Source: Chthoniobacterales bacterium
Lineage (GTDB): Bacteria > Verrucomicrobiota > Verrucomicrobiia > Chthoniobacterales > JAATET01
Direction: 5' to 3'
DNA length: 64,000 nucleotides
Assembly: GCA_036569045.1 (NCBI GenBank)
Contig: DATCRI010000087.1
Location: forward strand, 381-64,380
Shown: piece after piece, positions 19,082 to 26,365 of the stretch
How the letters are laid out: each line of letters starts with the position of its first letter
How positions within the stretch are numbered: the first letter of the stretch is position 1
The notes under the pieces: model-generated
What the model was told of the DNA's origin: nothing
The model's input: only the letters and a program-made list of their open reading frames with translations
Database searches by the model: none
Made by a program: the position numbers and the translations under genes

Positions 19082-20104
19082 ATGAATTCCGAATCGCTGG
19101 AATCCCGCCTGCTCGCCTGGATCGAATGCCCGGAAAGCGCCGCCCTCGGCGACGTCCTGCTCGAGGTCCACGCCTTTCAGCGGACGGCAAACTCCGCCTA
19201 CGGGGCATATTGCGCGCAGTTTCCCGCGCCGCGTCGCTGGCAGGACATTCCGGCCCTCCCGCAGCGGCTTTTCAAGGAAACGGCGCTGCGCTCCTTCCCC
19301 TCGGCAGAAACCAGCCGCACGTTTCGCACGAGCGGAACAACAGGCGAAGGCTACGGGGAACATCATTTTCGGTCTCTACGTCTTTACGAAGCGGCGGCGA
19401 CCCACGGGTGGAGTCGCGCGGGGCTGGACGGTCGCCGGGTGCTGGCCCTGCTGCCGCCATCCGCCGATGCCCCCCATTCCTCGCTGAGTCAGATGGCTTC
19501 GTGGCTGTGTCCGGACGAAAAAGCATTTTTCATGCGCAACGGTCGCGGCAAATGGGAGGAACTTTCCGCAAATCTGACGGCGACCGAGGAATCCGTCGTC
19601 CTTTTCGGCACCGCCCTCGCCTTCCTCGACTGGTTCGAGACGCTCGGCGACCAGACGATCGCCCTGCCGCCCCGCAGTCTGGCGGTGGAAACCGGTGGCT
19701 ACAAGGGCACCCGCCGCGAGTTGCCGAAAGCGGACCTCTACGCGCAATTCACCGCCCGGCTTGGCCTGGCTGGTCCGAGCGTCGTCAACGAATACGGCAT
19801 GACGGAGCTGTCCTCGCAGTTCTACGCCCGCGGCGTCGGCACCCCGCACATCGCGCCGCCGTGGGCGCGCGGCCTCGTGGTCGATCCCGGCACCGGCGCC
19901 GAGGTGGCCGAGGGAGAAACCGGCGTGTTGCGGCTCTTCGACGCGGCGAATCTCTGGTCCGTCTGCGCCGTGCAGACGCGGGATCTCGCGATCCGCCGCG
20001 GCGAGAATTTCGAACTCATCGGCCGCGACCCCGCCGCCCTGCCCCGCGGCTGCTCGCGCACGGCGGACGAGATGCTTGCCGTTACTCGTAGCGCAGCGCC
20101 TTGA
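19082..20104 (+). CDS. LuxE-like acyl-protein synthetase / adenylate-forming enzyme
   Basis: Track ORF starts at TTG 19073; first ATG is at 19082. AMP-binding-type motif FRTSGTTGEGYG, then ETGGYKG and NEYGMTELSSQ, as in the LuxE acyl-protein synthetase family. No LuxC/LuxD partner nearby. Confidence 0.65.
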   Translation: MNSESLESRLLAWIECPESAALGDVLLEVHAFQRTANSAYGAYCAQFPAPRRWQDIPALPQRLFKETALRSFPSAETSRTFRTSGTTGEGYGEHHFRSLRLYEAAATHGWSRAGLDGRRVLALLPPSADAPHSSLSQMASWLCPDEKAFFMRNGRGKWEELSANLTATEESVVLFGTALAFLDWFETLGDQTIALPPRSLAVETGGYKGTRRELPKADLYAQFTARLGLAGPSVVNEYGMTELSSQFYARGVGTPHIAPPWARGLVVDPGTGAEVAEGETGVLRLFDAANLWSVCAVQTRDLAIRRGENFELIGRDPAALPRGCSRTADEMLAVTRSAAP

Positions 20105-21407
20105 CCGGATCGAGGCGGGCCGCGAAGTAGGCCGGAATGAGCGCCGCGACCGAGCAGATCACGAACGCGCTCACGCAAATGATCGCGACGTCGGAGGGCA
20201 CGACCTTCGCGGGAATTTCACTGAACTGGTAGACCGACTGCGGGAAGACGGAGATGCCCAGCACGTCGGCGAGGAAGTCGCGGGTTTCGTTGCGGAAGCG
20301 GATAAGCGTCATGCCGAGCCCGAGGCCGGTGAGCGTGCCGAAGAACCCGACGACCATGCCCTGCGCGACAAAAATGCCGACGATCTGCCCCGTGCGGGCG
20401 CCGAGCGCCTTGAGAATGCCGATCTCGCGCGTCTTCTGCACCGTGACGGTGATGAGCGTGTTCATGATGCCGAATGCCGCCACGAGCACGATGAACATCA
20501 GCAGGAAGAACATCACCCCGCGCTCCATGCGAATCGCGTCGAAGAGTTCCTTGTTCTGCTCGACCCACGTGCGGGCGATATTCGGCGGCCCGATGCGCTG
20601 CATGATGCCGTCTCGCGTGACGCCCGATGTGAAGGGATCCGTCGTCTTGACCGAAAGCCCGTGCACGCTGTCGGGATCGAGCTCATACATCTCCTGGCCG
20701 ATGAAAAGCGGCACGAGCACAAAATCGCTGTCGTAGAGGTAGCGCCCGCTCTCGAAGATGCCGGTGACGGTGAGCGCCGTCGGCAGGACGAGCGACTTGA
20801 TGTTCTCGAAGACCTGCGGATCCTTGTTCCCTTCCTTCTGCGCCTTGTCGATTTGCACCATGATTTCCTGGGCATTCTTGGGCGAAGTGACGTTGAGCGT
20901 GCTGCCGATGCTCAGCCCGAGCTGGCGGGCAAAATCGGCGCCGACGACGCATTTTTCGCCGTCGAGATCGAGCTGCGGGCGGCCATCGGCGTCCATCTTC
21001 GAGGACGCGATGAGGTATTTGCCGATGTCGGTGATGTGCGCCTCCTTCACGGGGTCGATGCCGCGGACGATCGGCGCAAGCCAGCGGTGGTCCGCCTCGG
21101 CCATCACGCGACCCATGGTGTAGGGCGCGACCCCATCTGGCACGACGCCCGGCACGGCCTGCACTTCCCTCGCAATTTCCTTCCAGTTCTCGACGATGCC
21201 GTCGCTCTGGACGGTGATGTGCGCGTCGAACCCGATCACCTTCTTCTGAAGCTCGAGCTCGAAGCCGCTCATCACCGAAATCACGAGGATCAGCACCGTG
21301 ATGCCGAGCGTGACGCCGAGGATCGAGATGATCGTAATGACGGACACGAACGTGCGCTTCGGTTTCAGGTAGCGCAGGGCAAGGAACAGGCTGAACGGCT
21401 TTTTCAC
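20082..21407 (-). CDS. LolC/LolE-type (FtsX/MacB-like) ABC transporter permease
   Basis: The track ORF is over-extended to 21656. GTG at 21407 gives (M)KKPFSLFLALRYLKPKRTFVSVITIISILGV, the canonical LolC/E N-terminus. It has a large periplasmic loop. The C-terminal FtsX domain ends in ARLDPVKALRYE. Confidence 0.85.
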   Translation of the reverse strand: MKKPFSLFLALRYLKPKRTFVSVITIISILGVTLGITVLILVISVMSGFELELQKKVIGFDAHITVQSDGIVENWKEIAREVQAVPGVVPDGVAPYTMGRVMAEADHRWLAPIVRGIDPVKEAHITDIGKYLIASSKMDADGRPQLDLDGEKCVVGADFARQLGLSIGSTLNVTSPKNAQEIMVQIDKAQKEGNKDPQVFENIKSLVLPTALTVTGIFESGRYLYDSDFVLVPLFIGQEMYELDPDSVHGLSVKTTDPFTSGVTRDGIMQRIGPPNIARTWVEQNKELFDAIRMERGVMFFLLMFIVLVAAFGIMNTLITVTVQKTREIGILKALGARTGQIVGIFVAQGMVVGFFGTLTGLGLGMTLIRFRNETRDFLADVLGISVFPQSVYQFSEIPAKVVPSDVAIICVSAFVICSVAALIPAYFAARLDPVKALRYE

Positions 21408-21549
21408 GAGGTCGAGGGCGGCACAATGCCGCGCCCTTGCGTCCAACGCAAAGAGGAATCTCCCCCGGGGCGGGGCGCCTTGCCGGGGCGGGAAGGCTGG
21501 GCTACCTTCCCCTCGAGGAGTGCCGGGTCGGGCCCGGCGAATGGTTTTT

Positions 21550-22776
21550 ATGGCAAACGCAATGGTAATCGGGATCGGCGGAGTGGGCTCCGTGATCGGA
21601 CAGCGGCTGCACGAATACGACTGCTTCGACCGCATCGTGCTCGCGGACATGGACACGACGTTTGCGAATCAGCTCGCGGCCCGCACGCCGCGGAATCGCT
21701 TCGTCGTCGTGCAGGCCAATGCCATGCAGACCGAGCGCCTCGCGGCGCTGATGAAGGAATCCGAGGTGAAGGTCACCTGCAACGCCTGCACCTGCCAGAC
21801 GAATCACTCCGTGCTCGAGGCCTGCGTGCGCTCGGGCTCGCATTACATCGACATGGCCGCGGATATCTATTCCCCGCCCGGCGTGAAGCGCCCCGGCAAG
21901 AATTCCTTCGAGGCCGAGATCGAGAAGTTCAACCAGCGTTTCCTCGACGCAGACCTCGCCGGCATCCTCTGCATGGGCATGGACCCCGGCGCCGTGAACA
22001 TCTTCGCCCGATGGGCCATGGATCGCCTGGACACCGCCAGTTCCATCCGCGTGCTGGACGCTGACAATGCCGAGGTGCGCGGCTACCGCTTCGCCGTCCT
22101 GTTCTCGCCGGAGACGTTCTTCGAGGAGCTCGGCGCCGTGCCGTATTTCGTGAAGGACGGCCGCGTCACCAGCGGGAAGCCCCTCGAGACGGAGGTCGAA
22201 TGGGTGCGCTTTCCCGATCCCATCGGCCTGCAAAAGACCTACGCCGTCGCTCACGAGGAGGGCGTGAGCCTCGGCATCTATCCGCCATTCGTCGAAAAAG
22301 GCGTGCGCTATTCCGTCTTCAAATACTCCATCCCCGAGAAGGTCGTGAACATCTCGAAGTCGCTCGCGCTCCTCAATCTCGACTCGTGGAAAAAGATTCG
22401 CGTCGACGGCGTGGAGGTCGCGCCCGTGCGCGTGGCGAGCGCCAGCCTGCCGAAGCCCGCTCAACTCGGCGCCACGGTGGACGGCTATTCCTGCGTCGGC
22501 ACCGAGGTGCGCGGCACGAAGGACCGCAAGCGCGTCGAATATTTCGTCTACTCGATGGATAGCCACCGCGACACCTACGAGAAATACGGCTACTCGCTCA
22601 CGCTCGTGCAGACCGGCATCCCCCCCGCGCTCACCGCGCGACTGCTCGCCACGGGCAAGATCCCCGAGCGCGGCGTGATGATGCCCGAGCATCTCGACCC
22701 CGAGGCGCTGATGAACGATTTCTCCCGCGAAGGCCTGCCGATCTTCATCGAGAAGCGCGAAGTCGAGCGCTGGTAG
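21550..22776 (+). CDS. saccharopine dehydrogenase family oxidoreductase
   Basis: N-terminal Rossmann motif MVIGIGGVGSVIGQRL. Overall length and motifs (CNACTCQTN, YIDMAADIY, GMDPGAVNIF) fit the saccharopine / carboxy(nor)spermidine dehydrogenase family. Start is ambiguous (ATGs at 21541, 21550, 21562). Confidence 0.75.
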   Translation: MANAMVIGIGGVGSVIGQRLHEYDCFDRIVLADMDTTFANQLAARTPRNRFVVVQANAMQTERLAALMKESEVKVTCNACTCQTNHSVLEACVRSGSHYIDMAADIYSPPGVKRPGKNSFEAEIEKFNQRFLDADLAGILCMGMDPGAVNIFARWAMDRLDTASSIRVLDADNAEVRGYRFAVLFSPETFFEELGAVPYFVKDGRVTSGKPLETEVEWVRFPDPIGLQKTYAVAHEEGVSLGIYPPFVEKGVRYSVFKYSIPEKVVNISKSLALLNLDSWKKIRVDGVEVAPVRVASASLPKPAQLGATVDGYSCVGTEVRGTKDRKRVEYFVYSMDSHRDTYEKYGYSLTLVQTGIPPALTARLLATGKIPERGVMMPEHLDPEALMNDFSREGLPIFIEKREVERW

Positions 22777-22821
22777 AGGCTTGTAGAGCTACGCCGCCTG
22801 TTGCATGAAGTCAGGCAGCCG

Positions 22822-25599
22822 ATGAAGAAAGCCAACACGACGTTGGGCAAATCGCGTGGTCTGACATTGCGCTGGGGAATCCTGCTCGTCGCCATGCTCG
22901 GCTTTCCCTGCCGGGCCGAGGAACCGGCCCGCAAGACAGGCGTCCTGCAATCCGCCGATGGCTCTCCCGTGGCGGATGCGCCGTTTCACGTTTTCACATA
23001 TTCCCGGAAGGCATCGGATTGTGTCGAACTCGCGTCCGGAAAAACCGGAAAGAACGGCGAGTTCTCCTACCCGGTTGAACAGAGCGATGTCGAAAAATTC
23101 TCCCCGCCTTTTTTCTTCGCTGAGATTCCGGGGAACGGACATTTTGCGGCAAATCTTCAGATCAACAAGGCGGAGCCTGTCGTGCTGAAAGCCTGGGGGC
23201 CGTGGGCGGATCTCGTCGTGACCTTCACGACTCCCGATGGCAAGCCTGCCAGCGGGCTGCACGGCCGCGTGACGCAGGTTTACGACACCACAGATGAATT
23301 CCTTTTGGACGTGCCGCGTCTCCCGACAGGCACCTGGGATGCCACGACGGATTCCAACGGCCAATTGATCCTGCACGGCCTGCCGGTCCACTACCGGTTT
23401 TATCTGGAAATGGATGACGCGCGCTACGCGCAGTTGATGGGCCACAATTCCACCCCCCAATGGCTCGCTGCGGGCAGGCCGCAGTCCGTAAAATTGATCC
23501 CGGCCGGCAGCATTTCAGGCCAGGTCACGTTCCCTGATGGGACACCCGTCAGGGACGTGCCCGTGGAGGTCCTAGAGCAGTATCATTATGAAGACGCTGG
23601 CGGCGGCAGTGGCAAGACCCGCACGGATGCGGAGGGGCGCTTTACCATCGGAGGTCTACGCCCGGCAACTTACGACGTCATGGCAAGGCTTACTCCCAAG
23701 CAAGCCGAGGAGTGGGCGGCGGCGGTTCGTCCGGGCGTCAGACTGCGCCTTGCGGAGAACGCCGCGAATCAGGACATCCGGCTGACCAAGGGCGTGCTGG
23801 TCACCGGCAAAATCACGAACTCCGAGACGGGCAAGCTTATTGCCGACCAGGCGCTGACCATCGGGCTCGTCCCTGCAGACGAGACATCGCCCCTCGGCCA
23901 GCTTTGGGCCGAAACCTCCGAGGGGCGCTACCGCACACGGATACCTGCGGTCCCGCATCGCGTCTATTTCGCCAGTTCGGCCAAAGGCTTCGAGCGCGGT
24001 GAGGAAGAACCAACGCGCGTCAACGCCAGGGACGGCGAGGAAGTCACCGTGGATTTCGCGCTCAAGCCGAAAGGCAAGCCGTTCCAAGTCACGGGCCGCG
24101 TGATCGGAACTGACGGCAAACCCGCCGCGGGAGCCGCCGTGCACGTCTTCCTCACGAATGGCTACGAGTCATCATCCGACACGGTGGATTCGACCGGGAA
24201 TTTCTCCATCGAGATTCCGAGGAATATCAAGGAGGCGATCCCGATCTTTGCGACGGACGGCCCGAGGCGATCACCGATCCAAAAGGTCGCTGTGGGCAAG
24301 CCGATCACCCTCCAACTGGGCGACAAGGATCTCACCTCGATCCGCGGCTGCGTCGTCGATGAACAGGGCAAGCCGATCCCCGGCGCCACCGTCCATTTCC
24401 AGCTCGCGGATGATGCCGTGGACTGGCAGCACGCGCTCTCCACCGATGCCACGGGCAGATTCGAGCTGGCGGATATCTGGAGCGATGTCGCATTCAACGT
24501 GTATGGCGAGGCCGAAGGCTTCGGGTATGCCCACAAAAAAGTGACCACGACCCGAGGCAAAAAACTCGACCTCGGGAATCTCGTGCTCAAGAAGGCCGAT
24601 CGGGTATTGGAAGGCGTTGTCGTTGATCCAGACGGAAAGCCCGCTTCCGTCTTGTTAAGTGTATCAGGCGGCAGCGATCAACCGATGGTTTCGGCCAAGA
24701 GCGACTCGGAGGGCCATTTTCTGGTCTCGGGACTCCTCGAAGGAAAAATCTTTCTGCGTGCCCGGCAGAAATTCGGGGAACGCTATGTGGATGTCGCCCG
24801 CGCCAAGGCCGAAGCTGGCGACCGACAAATCAAGCTGACCATCAAGCGCGCGGACGCCACCTTGCACGGCCGGCTTGTAAACTCCGCAAAGCAACCCATC
24901 GCCGGCGCGATGGTCGTGACAAACGATCACGACCAGCCCGGCGACATCTCAGCCATCACCGCGAAGGATGGGACGTTCCGACTGCCCGGCGTCTTCCCGG
25001 GATGGTTGACCGTAAAAGTCATGCCCGACAGGCATTCCAAAACCGCCATCGCCCTCCGCGGCAAGGCTGGCAGCGAGGAAAGTCTCCTCGTGCTGCCCGC
25101 GCCTCCGATCGCTGCGACGGCAAATCCACCCACGCCACCCGCCAGGCTCGTCGGCGTCGGAGACCCGGCCCCGGCGGCCGAGGTTGCCGTGTGGCTCACC
25201 TCCGCGCCACTTCCGCCGCAGAATCAAGGCACGGTGCGCATCCTCGATTTCTGGAACATCTTCTGCGGCCCCTGCATTGCGAACCTGCCCAGGCAGCAGG
25301 AATTCTGGGAAGCGCACCGGCGCGAAGGGCTGGAAATGATTGCTCTCCACCCCGCCTGGAACGAACAGGAGATTCGCGAATTTCTCGCCGCACGGCCAAA
25401 CGTTCGCTTCCCCATCGCGATTGAAAAAGAAGGATGCCCGACCTCTAATCGCTATCCCATCGAGGGCGTCCCCACCTATGTGGTGATCGACCCCGACGGG
25501 AAGATCGAGTTCATCGGTGCCGGAGATTGGGAAGGCGCGAAGGCGAAGGCGCTTTCCCTGCTCGCCGCCCTCGCGAAGCAAAAAGCGGAGTCTCCATAA
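22822..25599 (+). CDS. secreted protein: multiple carboxypeptidase-regulatory-like beta-sandwich repeats + C-terminal TlpA/thioredoxin-like domain (CGPC)
   Basis: ATG at 22822 gives the signal peptide MKKANTTLGKSRGLTLRWGILLVAMLGFPCRA. There are about 8 repeats of the pattern G.V.D..G.P..GA.V ... T.D..G.F.L..L..G.Y. The C-terminus ILDFWNIFCGPCIANLP...GVPTYVVIDPDGKI is a thiol:disulfide oxidoreductase fold. Confidence 0.7.
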   Translation: MKKANTTLGKSRGLTLRWGILLVAMLGFPCRAEEPARKTGVLQSADGSPVADAPFHVFTYSRKASDCVELASGKTGKNGEFSYPVEQSDVEKFSPPFFFAEIPGNGHFAANLQINKAEPVVLKAWGPWADLVVTFTTPDGKPASGLHGRVTQVYDTTDEFLLDVPRLPTGTWDATTDSNGQLILHGLPVHYRFYLEMDDARYAQLMGHNSTPQWLAAGRPQSVKLIPAGSISGQVTFPDGTPVRDVPVEVLEQYHYEDAGGGSGKTRTDAEGRFTIGGLRPATYDVMARLTPKQAEEWAAAVRPGVRLRLAENAANQDIRLTKGVLVTGKITNSETGKLIADQALTIGLVPADETSPLGQLWAETSEGRYRTRIPAVPHRVYFASSAKGFERGEEEPTRVNARDGEEVTVDFALKPKGKPFQVTGRVIGTDGKPAAGAAVHVFLTNGYESSSDTVDSTGNFSIEIPRNIKEAIPIFATDGPRRSPIQKVAVGKPITLQLGDKDLTSIRGCVVDEQGKPIPGATVHFQLADDAVDWQHALSTDATGRFELADIWSDVAFNVYGEAEGFGYAHKKVTTTRGKKLDLGNLVLKKADRVLEGVVVDPDGKPASVLLSVSGGSDQPMVSAKSDSEGHFLVSGLLEGKIFLRARQKFGERYVDVARAKAEAGDRQIKLTIKRADATLHGRLVNSAKQPIAGAMVVTNDHDQPGDISAITAKDGTFRLPGVFPGWLTVKVMPDRHSKTAIALRGKAGSEESLLVLPAPPIAATANPPTPPARLVGVGDPAPAAEVAVWLTSAPLPPQNQGTVRILDFWNIFCGPCIANLPRQQEFWEAHRREGLEMIALHPAWNEQEIREFLAARPNVRFPIAIEKEGCPTSNRYPIEGVPTYVVIDPDGKIEFIGAGDWEGAKAKALSLLAALAKQKAESP

Positions 25600-25687
25600 A
25601 TCAGGCTCTGCGCCAAAACACGAAGTCGAGCGGGCGGTAGGCCGCGCCGGGATTGACTCCTTTCCGGCGACGTGGGACAATCCCACC

Positions 25688-25912
25688 GTGATCGTCACCC
25701 TCGATTCGAAGCGCCGCCTCACGGTGCCAGCCGCCCTTGCGCAAACCGTTCCGGGCGAGCATTTTCAGGTGGATTTCGACGCGGAGGAGGATGCCATCGT
25801 CTATCGCCGGATCGCCACGGAACCGGATTGGCTCGACGTGGTGGCGGCGTGCCCCGAGCCCATGGACGATCTCCCGACCCGCCGCGAAGAATATTTCCAA
25901 TCGAAGCTTTGA
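25688..25912 (+). CDS. vapB: AbrB/SpoVT-fold antitoxin (VapB-like)
   Basis: In-frame GTG at 25688 gives (M)IVTLDSKRRLTVPAALAQTVPGEHFQV..., the looped-hinge-helix antitoxin signature. The upstream part of track ORF 25517-25912 overlaps the preceding gene and was discarded. The start is inferred. Confidence 0.65.
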   Translation: MIVTLDSKRRLTVPAALAQTVPGEHFQVDFDAEEDAIVYRRIATEPDWLDVVAACPEPMDDLPTRREEYFQSKL

Positions 25913-26334
25913 GCTGGTTGCTGGATACGGATGTTTTGAGCCAGCCCGCGCGCAAGCACGGCGATCCCGCCGTCGTCGCGTGGCTGCGGGAGAACAAGGA
26001 CGATTGCTTCACCAGTTCCATCGTCATCGCCCAGCTCGCCTATTGGGTGCGCAGCAAGGATGGCGCTCAACGCACGGCGCTTCAAGCCTGGCTCACCACT
26101 TTGGTCGATGCCATGCGCGGCCGAATTCATGGTTTCAACGTCTCGGTCGCCCATGCCTGGGCGGACCAACAGATCACGCTCGAAACCGCCGGCCAACCCA
26201 TGCCGCTCGAAGACAGCTACATTGCGGCCACGGCCCGCCGCTACAATCTCACCGTCGTCACCGGGAACGATCGGCATTTCCGCCGCCCGGGAATCAAAGT
26301 TTTCAATCCTTTCAAGGAACTCCCGCGTCCGTGA
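25909..26334 (+). CDS. vapC: PIN-domain ribonuclease toxin (VapC-like)
   Basis: TTG at 25909 overlaps the vapB stop (TTGA) and gives (M)SWLLDTDVLSQP...LEDSYIAATARRYNLTVVTGNDRHF. The conserved acidic PIN residues (D6/D8, E, D..N) are visible. Confidence 0.8.
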   Translation: MSWLLDTDVLSQPARKHGDPAVVAWLRENKDDCFTSSIVIAQLAYWVRSKDGAQRTALQAWLTTLVDAMRGRIHGFNVSVAHAWADQQITLETAGQPMPLEDSYIAATARRYNLTVVTGNDRHFRRPGIKVFNPFKELPRP

Positions 26335-26365
26335 AGATCCGGGCCGGTTTCCGCCTTTCCTTCTA

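Noticed and set aside
16989-19085. 698-aa plus-strand ORF opposite the TPR gene. Similar long antisense ORFs occur at 603-2060, 10321-12069, 20076-22064, 26846-28603, 29185-31629, 43980-45875 and 47922-49622.
   Set aside because: All of them overlap genes with clear family signatures on the other strand. All have Arg/Gly/Asp/Glu/His-rich, motif-free sequences. They are treated as non-coding shadows.
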